DNA of 33,627 bases from Reclinomonas americana ATCC 50394 (taxonomy: Eukaryota). The DNA lies in assembly GCA_048213135.1 (NCBI GenBank), contig PS015141.1, forward strand, positions 70,131 to 103,757, in the 5' to 3' direction. This document shows, one piece after another, positions 13,173 through 25,952 of the stretch (positions within the stretch are counted from its first letter, which is position 1; each line of letters starts with the position of its first letter). The position numbers were made by a program, and so were the translations under genes. The notes beneath the pieces are model-generated. The model saw only the letters and a program-made list of their open reading frames with translations. It was not told the origin of the DNA and made no database searches.

Positions 13173-15361
13173 TCACAGCGACGACGACGACGACGACGGC
13201 GACGACGGTGGCTGGGTTACGCTGCTGCTGCTGCCTTGTAATCTCTCATTCTCGCGGCGCAGACGTTCGATTTCGCGCTGCAGCGTTCGAATCTTCTCCA
13301 ACGACTGACCCAGACCCGTGGTCATCTGTGCCTTCAGCGAGGCCACTGTGTCGGACAGCACACGGTTGAAGTCGGCCTCCTTCTCGTCGTGCACACGACG
13401 GAGGGCGGATATCGACTGCTGGAATCGTTCCGTGTCTTGCGCCGCCTGCAGTTTGAAAGCAAATGTTGTGACGGATTGGTCGGGGCCGGCCGCTATTGTG
13501 CGCGCACACACTGACCTGCTGGGCCATAATCTCACTGGAGAAGCGCAGTGCAGCGTTCTCTTCAGTCAGCCGTTCCACAGTTTCCTCCAGCGAAGCACAA
13601 CTGTGAACGCATTTGAAAAACAAGAAACGTGAATACCTACCTCCTCGCACATGAATGTCCAGCTGCAGACACAAACAGACCGCTGCTCCAGCGCCGGAAG
13701 CGACAGTGCATCACATCCCATGTCGACCGTGTGCGGCGACTCGCAGTGCGGATCACATGCAGCGTCGCGCATCGGTACAGAAGCCGGCAATGACGTGCGA
13801 CGATGACTGCGACGACGCATTCGCTGCTCCTCGCGCTGCGCCTCCTCGGCTGCTTCCTCTCTTTGCTGCACAGCAGCCGCAGCTGCTGCTGCATCGCGCG
13901 TCTGAAACTCCTCTTCCATGCTGTGCAGCTGTCGTCGAAGGGTGGCGGTGGGATTTCGGTAAACGAGAACTCTGTCTCACATGTCACACGCACCTTGTGC
14001 AACAGTGACAACTCAATGGCGTGACTCTCCATGGTCAGCGCCTGTTCTGCCACTGCGGCTGGCGTCTCGTCGCACGCATCCAGCAGCTAGAGTCACGTGA
14101 ACTGAGTTCAGAGGACCAGCACAGGCAGGGCTTGTTGGGGACGCCACGAAACTGCGTTGTAAGTGCGAATGACAGTGCCCAGCAGCGGCACCGGGTGCAT
14201 CAGGTCGCTGTCGGACTGTGCGCAACAATCAACGGGTCAGCGGGGGGAAAAAACACCTCCGCGGTGACAAAATCTCTCACCACGCCAAACATGGCCAGCA
14301 TGCTGCTCGACGCCGTGGGTGGCGACTGTGTGGCCGCCTTGTGTTCTGGTGACACCCGAGCGGCCTTTTGCGGCGGCGGGGACACCTTGTGTACAAGAAC
14401 AAGTGTCAACACACAGAGCGCGGGTCGAGGGCGCAGATCGATCTCACCTGCTGAGCATCACTACCCGTCGCCACATCCTGCGCACCCACCCGCACGTCAA
14501 TCAACGACAGTAGACACGGCCGCAGAGCAAAACACACACGCACACACACACCTGCATGCGCGGCGGGCTTCCCGCAGCAGCATCCTTCTCAACAACAACA
14601 AAAAAAGACAACACGTCAGGAATCGTACTCACAGGCCGGCCACATGTCCTCTCACCTGCACTCGCGCGGGCGACACCATCGTTGCTGCGTCCTACACATC
14701 GCCAAACACAGTTCAGCACCTACGCCTGTACTACACCACGTGACAGCGCCACTCACCGCCATGGTGGCGTCCTCGCCAGTCTACATTACAAGATCATGAG
14801 TAGAATGTGAGCTCACACACACACACTGTGACATCCACGCAGCCGCACCTGTGGCTCATCAGCGGCCACCACAGGCACGCCTCTGTGAGAGCGATCGCGA
14901 GGAGGCGCCTGACGAGCAGCCGGCTGCCGATGTTTCGCGAGTAAGCAACACAGACAAAGAAAAAGAAAGAAGAACAAGAGAACGCAACACGAGGCGCACG
15001 CTTGGCCATCGCCACCACACCACTCGTCTGCGCATGAACAACAACAGCGTCGGTCATGTAACGTTTTCCCCCCATTTCGCGCGCTTTTTTTGTTGCTGAC
15101 CTTGACTGTGTTCTTCACCGACACTGGCTGTTGTGGCTGTTGTGGCTGTTGTGGAGGAGGTTTCTTACTCTGCTGCAGACGCTGCTGTCGCCACTTCTCC
15201 AACTGCTGTCGCCGAGGATCACCCGCAGTCGCGTTGACACTGAGTGTGCCCAGTGGAGCGCGCGACGAGGAGGACGACAAAGGCGCGTGGTGCACATCAT
15301 CATCATCATCGCCACCACCACCGCCACTCTCGCGGCGACGAGCAGCGGCGCGAGTCTCCAT
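13173..15361 (-). CDS. Uncharacterised low-complexity/coiled-coil protein with an N-terminal D-box-like motif
   Basis: ATG 15361, METRAAARRR..RAPLGTLSVN..RRQQLEKWRQQR, then several short phase-0 exons, then coiled-coil exons (LEETVERLTEENAALRF; LEKIRTLQREIERLRRENERLQ). Stop at 13173. Confidence 0.7.
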
Positions 15362-15478
15362 TTGCGATGCAAAAGGCGCGTGTGACAATCGTGAGTCATT
15401 GCCGGGAATGGGCTGGAACCCGGCATCGCGCTTCCTGTCAACACTCACAGTACATCACACACACACGCAGAGAGAGAC
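15362..15478. promoter_or_regulatory. Probable bidirectional promoter (117 bp between divergent ATGs)
   Basis: Lies between ATG 15361 (-) and ATG 15479 (+). Contains TGCAAAAG (15368-15375), CGCGTG and GTGACAAT (15382-15389), which also occur in the RPS21/RPL11 spacer. Confidence 0.55.
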
Positions 15479-17899
15479 ATGGGCATTTCGGGCTCAAGTG
15501 GAAGGCAACTGGTGTTGGAGGTGCGGGCAATGCGTTTTCTCCACTAATGCACACTCGGGGAGGGGGTTTTTGTCCGACGCCACTCTCTCTCTTTCTCTTT
15601 CTCTCTATGTGTGTGTGCAGGTGGTGGAGCGCGACATTGAGGACACACACGAGGAGGTCATGGTGCTCACGTATGACACGGATATCCGTGAAGCACCGGG
15701 TGCGTGGCACATCATTTTGTTGTTATGTATGTCTCTCTTTGTTTCCTCCTCACTCATTTTTCTGCAGCTCATTGGCGTGCTGCGCTTGGTGATCGTGCTC
15801 TGGAAGCGCTGCTCCAACGTTGCGTGACACAGAGACCTTTCATTCACTCTCCTTGACATTGATTTTTTCTCCTGTCTCTGACGCACACAGAACCCGCTCA
15901 TGGCGTTGCGTCTCTCAGTCTCTCTCACACACATACACACACACTCATGTCTTCCCGCTCATTGGAATTATCGTCGTCGCACACAGATCCGCTGTTGTGA
16001 TGTGAGAGAGGGTGAGCCACTAGCTCCGCGTGTCAAGTTTGTGGTGCTGGTTTCGCTGCAGGAGGAAGGCCATGAGTCTGGAGAAGAGGTCTCAGTTCAC
16101 ATCCCGGCTCCTCGCGCAGTGGTGGAGCATCGATGACTGACTTTGGGGCGCGCAGGCCAAGGGGCGGATTTCGCGAGACTTGCGACAGGTGCACCATTTT
16201 GTGGCCAGCCAGCGTGTGCGGTCGCTGTCGTTGCCGCTCTTCATGTACACTGTGTTGCCGCCGAGGGAGTTGTGTGGGGGTGATGTGCTGGCATGTGTGG
16301 GGGAATTGCAGGCTGACGTGTGCACGCCACAGAGTCGTCGAGGTGTTTGCGTCGGAATTTCGCACGGCATTCGACTACATTGGCACCGGCGCTGCCGATG
16401 CGGCAACTCAACTGACCCGTGTTGTGGTGTGCGTCAAAGGTGGCGGCAAAATACGGCAGGTGAGTGTTGGAAGCTGCCTCGGGAGAGCGAGTGCACTGCT
16501 ATGTCGCTGAATCTGCATTGCCTCGTCCAGCTGTTCAGCCAGTACATAGCGAGCATGTTCCCGCAAGAGGCCGCTCCTCCCGTGTGGGAGCTGTTCTTCT
16601 CCGATCGCCAGTGGTACCCGCTGAAGCGAGAGGTATCCGACTACATCGAGAATGCGACTGGTGACCTTGTTCCGCTGCGTATCTGCCCGGCGCCCGACAA
16701 TCACGAGTGTCTGCGCGTCCTTGTTTGCCGCTCGCGAGATGAGGTGTGCACACACGCACACGTATTCCGTGCACTCATCAGGTTGACTTACTGTATTCCC
16801 TCTCCTCCTTTGTGGTTGCGCCGCAAGGTGGTGGACTTTACAGCCAATCAACGGTATGCGATCCGGCGACGCGAACCTGCGGTGCCGGTGCGATCACAAT
16901 CGTCGCCTCCGACTTCGTCTTCGACACCAGCTGCCGTGGCAGGATCTCAATCGGCGGCACCACCGAATCCTCCCGCGGCAGCAGCAGCACTGACATATGT
17001 ATCGTCCCCCTCGCCACAATCACCGTCACGGCCAGCACCTGCAGCCGCCGCCGCCGCAGCAGCAGCAGCAGCTCCGCCTCCTGCGTCCCCTGCGCAACAA
17101 GCGCCTGCATCGCAAGCAATGTTCGATACTGTACCAGAGGTGAACGTCTGTATGCTTTTTCTGGTAATGCGCACATGAAGCTCTAACAACCTGTCTGTTG
17201 TTGCCATGACAGGTGTTTTCGCGGTCTAGCATGGCGGAGCTGCACCCAGCGCACCTGACGTGGATGAAACCTGGAGGCGTTTTTGTCAAGGGCGCCGTCT
17301 TTGTGCGCGGTTCTTGGGATAGGTATCAGCAGGCGATTCGACTTCGTGCCTTGGGGCACGATCGCTACGAGGTGACAATCCGAGTGCCGGCTGGGTTCTA
17401 CTTCTACAAGGTCAGTGCCTTCGTGTATTATGTACATGGAACCACGCTAACGGAAGCTTGGTGCAGTTCACGGACGACCAGTCTACCACACTGACGAGCG
17501 AGCGCATCAAGGTTGTCAAAGAAGAAAGGACAAATCTTCCGTTCCACCCGCTGGAGGTGCCGGTGACGTTCAGTGTGGCTCGACAGCACGAGCGACAGCA
17601 CACCGTGCTGGAGTTCTCGGCCTCTAATGGTTACTTTCTGCGCGCATTCTTTCCGAAGACCGATGAAGGCGAGGCACTGGCGCGAGCCATCCAGGAGAAG
17701 AGCAGGTTGCGAGCGTGTTTTTCGTCTTTTTCTTTCTTAAGAGTATCGAGCTTACTTGTCCATGCACAGCCGAGCACCACCTGACCCTGTCGTCTTCTTC
17801 ACTGGCCGTTGGCATGGAATCGAACTGAAGACAGAACCATCGCAACTACCGGACCCACAGTGGTGCGCGGCAGCGCTGGACCGAGTGTCGGCGCTTTGA
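15479..17899 (+). CDS. Multidomain protein: MGxxxS myristoylation motif, WWE-like domain, Pro/Ala linker, CBM48 (AMPK-beta-type glycogen-binding) domain, degenerate Deltex C-terminal-like domain
   Basis: Starts MGISGS. WWE-like VWELFFSDRQWYPLKREVSDYIENA...VVDFTANQRYAIRRR. CBM48-like LTWMKPGG..VFVRGSWDRYQQAIRL..YEVTIRVPAGFYFYKF. C-terminus RAFFPKTDEGEALARAI..WHGIELKT..LPDPQW. Stop 17897-17899 after intron 17706-17769. Exons around 16180-16335 are uncertain. Confidence 0.7.
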
Positions 17900-18328
17900 A
17901 TGCTATTGTCACGGAGGGAACTTTGATGCTACCAAGTAAAGGTGCTTCCGACGTTCTCCTCTAGCAGACGCGCTATCCGGTGGGAACGTGGGAAGCGCGT
18001 GCTGGGGGAAGACGGATCACTACAAAGCATCCCATCACGCCGACCCATCACCTGCGCTGCCTTCCCATCAACCTCACCGCAACGACGCAAACCCAACTGC
18101 AGCAACACAAGAGACGAGCCATGTTCGATCCAAACAGTTTACGAGTGCTTGCGACCGATACCACTGCCACAACGCGACGCCAAACCACCACCAATCCTCT
18201 TCCACAAGCCCCCCCAGTTCGACTGGAAAGAGAGGGGCATGGAAGAGCAGCAGCAGCAGACAACCACGTTGTGAACCAGAGCACCGGCAACACGCACGCC
18301 GCGCACACCACAGGCGATGCTCAATTTT

Positions 18329-19019
18329 TTACACGTCCTGCATGATCTTGCGCTCAATGCACAGGCGGTTCACGGCGTTGTCGGATTGGCCCTACAAGAG
18401 CAAAGACAACGACGAAACGGATGAGTAACACAGGGGCATGGATACGAGAGAGAAAGGCACAGACAAACCTTGGCGCGGATGAAGCCGCAGAGTGCGATCG
18501 TGTCGCTTGAGCCAGTGTACACACCATCGGCGTTGATCTGGCCAATGTTGAACTGCACCGACGCGTGATCCGTCGCAGTGATCAGGCGGTTCGTTGCCGA
18601 GCTGCGTGACACAAAGGAGAGAGGGAGGAGAGCACGATGAGTTGCCATGTCGTGCGCTCCTCCTTCCCACTCTCACACGCCTCTCAATCTTTCTCTCTCT
18701 CTCTCTCTCTCTCACGCACACACTCACGACGAGCACTGTCGCATGCACACACAAAGACGGAGAGCTTGTGGCATGCGAGTGCCGACTGACACTATAAACA
18801 GCCTTCTCTTCCACTCGTCTCGTCTCTTTGTTGATCGACACATCGACACATGGTTGCACGTAAGCGACTGCGTGTGTGCGTGCTTGCTGCAGGGGGGCCA
18901 GTCCTCCGCCATGACATGCACATGACATGCACCCCACCCTCTCTCCTCTCTGCGCCCTCGGATACTCACCACTTGCGGGGAATGTACAGATCGACCTTCT
19001 TGCCCTCGTCGTTGATCAT
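18329..19019 (-). CDS. RPS21: 40S ribosomal protein S21 (eS21)
   Basis: Exons 19019-18970, 18601-18469 and 18391-18329 give [37 protein letters not shown]...[19 protein letters not shown]...*. Confidence 0.97.
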
Positions 19020-19147
19020 GATGAACTGTGTGTGTGGATGTGCACTCGTGTGGGATCGAGTTGATTTTGTGTGTGTGATGGGACAGTCGATTGCAATTGT
19101 CACTGCGAGCACGCGATCACTTTTGCACGGCAGGCACACACAACGCA
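19020..19147. promoter_or_regulatory. Probable bidirectional promoter of RPS21 and RPL11
   Basis: 128 bp between the RPS21 ATG and the proposed RPL11 ATG. Contains ATTGTCAC (19096-19103), CACGCG and CTTTTGCA (19120-19127). Depends on the RPL11 start assignment. Confidence 0.5.
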
Positions 19148-20390
19148 ATGGTAAATCCCTCATCAGCAGACACTGAACGGGTTCCACACACAAGGGGGAG
19201 AGAGAGCGAGTCACACACAAGGGGAGGGAGAGAGAGATGCGCGTGTGTGTGCGCGTGGGGAAGTTTGTGGCGCGTGAGTACGATGCGCATGTGCATGGCG
19301 CTGACATGCGCCCCGTTGTTCCCTTCCGCCTCCTCTCTTTGCGCGTGCGCTGCATGGTGCATGTGGTGTTGTGCTGTGTGTGCGACAGATCAGCGAAGAG
19401 AGACGCGTGAGAGTTGATGAGGGGGAGAAGTGTGTGTGTGTGTGTGTGCAGAAGTAGTGTGTGACTGGCCATGGTCGTTCACCTCTTTGTGTGAGTGACA
19501 GCACGTCAGGAGTATGCACGCATCACTGTGCGAGCGAGGGGGCTGTGATTGTTCACGTGTCATGACGACTGGTGTGGTGTTGACTCGCTCGTTGCTTCCA
19601 TCCAGGCGGAGAAGAAGAGCAAGTCAGAGAACCCGATGCGCGAGCTCCAGGTGGGCAAGCTCGTGCTCAACATCTCGGTCGGCGAGTCGGGCGATCCGCT
19701 CACCAAGGCGGCCAAGGTGCTCGAGCAGCTGAGCGGCCAGGAGCCCGTCCTGTCCAAGGGTCCGTTTTTTGTCAGTCGCACATGCATGCATGCCATTCTC
19801 CTCCTTCTCGTGTCATGACACCTCTCCTCCCCTCCCCACAGCTCGCCTCACCATTCGCCAGTTCGGTGTGCGCCGTAACGAAAAGATTGCGTGCCACGTG
19901 ACTGTGCGCGGTGAGAAGGCCAAGGAGCTCCTGCAGCGCGGCCTCCGCGTCAAGGAGTTCGAGCTCAAGAAGGAGAACTTCTCAGCCACTGGCAACTTTG
20001 GATTTGGTGCGTGCGCCCACATGCACGCACACAACAGTGCTGGATAGCAGGGGACTGACTCGTGCGCGCGCGTTTGTGCAGGCATTGATGAGCACATTGA
20101 TCTCGGCATCAAGTACGACCCGTCGACTGGTATCTACGGCATGGACTTCTACGTGGTGATGGAGCGCCCCGGTTTCCGCGTGGCGCGCCGCAGGCGCGCG
20201 AACTCGCGCATTGGCACCAGCCACCGCATCACGCCACAGGAGACGATGGAGTGGTTCAAGAAGGTGTGTGTTTTTTTTTGGCATCATCTTCACGAAAGCA
20301 GCAGGGGAGAGGCGAGAATGGTTGGTTGGCAGTGGCTCACGTGAGTGATTTTTTTTGCGCATGCAGACCTACACTGGCTTCCTCGTCTAA
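19148..20390 (+). CDS. RPL11: 60S ribosomal protein L11 (uL5)
   Basis: [68 protein letters not shown]...[31 protein letters not shown]...TYTGFLV*. The start is inferred as an ATG-only exon (19148-19150, donor GTAAAT) with an intron to 19605; an alternative ATG is at 19471. Confidence 0.95.
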
Positions 20391-20613
20391 ACTATGGCTC
20401 GCTGCTTGGAACGCTTCCAGTGACTCCCTGTTCACCACTCTCCCGCCACTCCGATCCAGCCATTGCTTGTCGTATTATCTCTGCCGCAGAGGGGGTCCCT
20501 TTGAAGCACCGTAAAACACACAAACAACAGAAAAACAATTGTCACGGGGGAGGGGGAGGGGAAGGGTAGGAATTCCATCTTCCATTCGTGGGTCGGAAGA
20601 TCAATTCACGCAA

Positions 20614-22298
20614 ATGAGGTGGTTGTCGAGCCAAGCCACTCGGGCTCCTGCCGCGTTTTTCGATGTGTGCATTGCCGGTGGCGGGTTGGCCGGCTGTGCA
20701 TTCGCCGTGGCTCTTCGTTGCGCGTTCTGCCTCTCCACTCTCTCACGCATCCTCCGTGCCCAATCTCAAGTTTAAATGATTCGCAGAGGCGCATCCCATG
20801 ACACGGCATCTGCGCGTGGCCATCGTGGATCCCGCTCCCTCATCACCTCCACCGACCAGCACCGCAGACAACAGCACGCGAGTGCATTCGATTCGCACCA
20901 GTGCACTCACTCCATCGTCGAGACGATTCTTCGAGCGTTGCGTTGTCCACACAGCAGTCTCTCTCTCAGTCTCACGTTCTCTCTCACATGCATGTTGTCG
21001 CAGAGAGTGGTGTGTGGCCACGCATGGAGGAGCTCGGCGCCTCGCCATTCCATCACATGCGCGTGTGGGACGAGGTCGGTGGCGGCACGATTGGTTTCGA
21101 CAACTCCAAGTCGCCGCTGGCACACATGGCGGAGAATGACCGCCTGCAGGAGGCGCTGAATGAGCGACTGGGCGACGACGCGGTGACGTGGTTCCGCGGG
21201 GTCGGAGTGAAGAATGTGAGCGGAGTGTTTCAGCATGCCAGTCCGGCGGCCACTGTGCACTTGACGAACGGGACCACCATTGATGCCTCCTTGCTGGTGT
21301 GCGCTTGCCACGATGATAATGATGTGGCTGGTTTGCTGATGGGTGGGGCATGCAGGTGGCCGCCGACGGTGCTGCGTCGCGAGTGCGGCAGTGTGTCGGC
21401 ATTGCGTCCACGTCGCGGGCGTATGGGCAAAAGGCGGCGGTGGCGAGTGTGGTGCATGAGCCGGTGGCGCAGCGCACTGCGTATCAGCGATTCCTCACCA
21501 CCGGTCCACTGGCGCTGCTGCCGCTCACCGACACCGTGAGCAATGTGGTGTGGTCGACGACGGTGGACGAGGCCGACGAGCTGGTGGCGTGTGCGCCCGA
21601 AGAATTCGTGCGCCGCGTGAACGATGCCTTCACGCGGCCCACCGCCGCACCACCAGTGTCGGGTGTGTCGGCTGTGCTGTCGGCCATCTTCCCACGACCC
21701 GAAATGATTGCCGGCGCTCCGTTGCCGCGACCACCACAAATATTGCAGTTGGAGCACCCGCAGCGTGGCGCATTCCCACTGCAGCTGATGCACGCACAGC
21801 GATATGTCACTCATCGTTGTGCGCTGATTGGGTGAGTTGTTGGTGACTCGGGGCGAACGAGTGCATGCCCTTGTTGTGACTCTTGCGCACTGGTGTACAG
21901 CGATGCGTGCCACGTGGTGCACCCGTTGGCCGGCCAGGGCCTCAATCTCGGCCTCGGCGACGCCGAATCGTTGGCCCGCGTAATCGCACGCACGGTGGAG
22001 ACCGGTGGCGACATTGGCGCAGTGACGGCGTTGGAGGACTACGAAAGCGATCGGCGACCGACCAACAGCATGATGACCCTCGGCATGCACCTCATCAAGG
22101 GCACCTTTGAGACGAATCAACCGGCGCCATTCGCCATGGCTCGCAGCCTCGGCATGTCGCTGTTGAACAATCTCGATTTCGCGAAGGTATACTTGTTGTC
22201 GAGATTGTGTGTGGGGGGACACGATTGGTGACTCTCATCTGGGTGCGCAGCGTCTGATCATGCAACAAGCGTCGGGCGAGAACGTGCTGCGAAGATGA
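20614..22298 (+). CDS. COQ6: Ubiquinone biosynthesis FAD monooxygenase (COQ6/UbiH family)
   Basis: Short transit-like N-terminus; FAD motif [92 protein letters not shown]. Stop 22296-22298. Confidence 0.92.
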
Positions 22299-22477
22299 TG
22301 AACGGTGCACAATAATAGAACACCAGAAGCTCAACGGCGCCAGGGGGCAAGGGGGAGCAGGGATTGCACATTCGTTGCAAGTTTGACCTCTCTCGACATG
22401 CAAACTATTCTTGTCCAATATCCGTGACAGCTTTCAAGTTTCTGTCATACGTGAGAGAGAGAGAGAGAGAGAGAGCA

Positions 22478-24905
<2,428 letters not shown>

Positions 24906-24998
24906 CGGAAAAACAAGCGACGACGCAACTGTAGTGCAATCATGAATCATACATTGAGCCACTGAGCTGGCGATAATGACACTGGCAGGCGGTTCGTG

Positions 24999-25116
24999 AC
25001 AGTCGATTGGTATCGTTCAGGGCCGAGACAGGCGGTCAAGTGTGTGTGCCAGGCACACACTCGACACAAAAAAAGAGAGGTTTCACACTGTCGCCCGTCA
25101 TCCGATCACAGACCGC
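24999..25116 (-). promoter_or_regulatory. Candidate SECIS element in the SELENOH 3' UTR
   Basis: On the minus strand: ATGAC (25101-25097), 13 nt GGGCGACAGTGTG, AAA (25083-25081), apical region, complementary arm CGCCTGTCTCGGCCC, then TGAA (25019-25016). Helix I can form as GCGGTC/GACTGT. The ATGAC core is about 80 nt after the stop codon. Folded by eye only. Confidence 0.7.
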
Positions 25117-25180
25117 ATCGCCATTCGTCGTCGCCGGCTCATCGGCACCACTTCCCACACACACCCACACCACAGGCCTG

Positions 25181-25879
25181 TTACTTGCCCACTTGTGCCA
25201 CCACCAGATCCACCACCTCGGAGGGCGACTCGGGGAACTTGAGCTTGCGCGGTGGTCCCTTCTTGACACCACTCCACACCAACGAATCGTTGACTGCAGG
25301 GCGCAGCAACGAAGAGTAAGGCGAACAGCAAAGAACAGTAGCTGCAGAAGGCTGAAGGGAGGCGTACCGGTCACCTCAAAGCTGCCTCGCCTGCAGAGAA
25401 ACGGAGTCAGTCGATGATAATGAATGCATGCATGCACGTGATGATTGCTCTCTCTCACCGCGGCTTGTCAGTGTTCAACGCGACCGTGAGGTCCGGGAAG
25501 CGGTCCTGCAACGCCGCCACGACGGCGTTTGCATGCCGCTTGTACACGGATCAGCTCTTGCTGTGGTAATGCACGTCAGCGCATGACACACTCTACAGAG
25601 GAGAGAGAGAGAGAGATCGCACCAAAACTCGATGGCCACACGCATGCCCGACGCTCCTGCCGTCGACGACGAAGCGGTGGGTGTAGTCGCAGTCGCAGTC
25701 TCCTTCTTGGCGGTGGCGGCCTTGAGGGCGCGCTTGCCTCGCTTGGTGGGCGGAGCTCCCTCGGCCTCTGCCGACTCTGCTTTCACATCCTGCTCCTCCT
25801 CTGCATCCTCTGCCACCTCTTCCTTCTTCACCGCGGGCGCCTCGGAGGCGGCAATCTTCGACGCACTTCGTTTGCGCAT
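25181..25879 (-). CDS. SELENOH: Selenoprotein H (Rdx family, CxxU) with in-frame UGA at 25551-25553
   Basis: After removing intron 25622-25561 the frame reads MRVAIEFC-K-S-[TGA]-SVYKRHANAVVAALQDRFPDLTVALNTDKPRRGSFEVTVNDSLVWSGVKKGPPRKLKFPE..*. This matches the SelH signatures CxxU, KPRRGSFEVT and KKGPPRKLKFPE. The N-terminal extension is Lys/Arg/Glu-rich. Confidence 0.93.
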
Positions 25880-25952
25880 GGGAGGAGAAAATGCAAACAC
25901 GAAAACTCCGACCGGAGAGTTCGCTGAAAAAAACCTCCGCCTGCGCTGCTTT

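Noticed and set aside
17930-17948. Minus-strand CACCTTTACT resembling U5 snRNA loop I
   Set aside because: Differs from the invariant GCCUUUUAC, with no closing stem or Sm site.
17942-18345. ORFs of 110-146 aa between the WWE/CBM48 gene and RPS21
   Set aside because: No recognisable motif, non-ATG starts, and no credible splice model.
19155-19420. TGATGA box-C-like words (minus ~19160-19165, plus ~19415-19420)
   Set aside because: No suitably placed CTGA box D, terminal stem or recognisable rRNA guide.
18690-19450. (CT)n, (GA)n and (GT)n tracts here and in many other introns
   Set aside because: Ordinary short microsatellites; no spacer-repeat, terminal-repeat or transposase signature, so no CRISPR or mobile element is called.
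25551-25553. Genome-wide UGA reassignment, or a SelH pseudogene
   Set aside because: UGA terminates other genes here, the codon is exactly at the Sec position of SelH, and a SECIS candidate follows.
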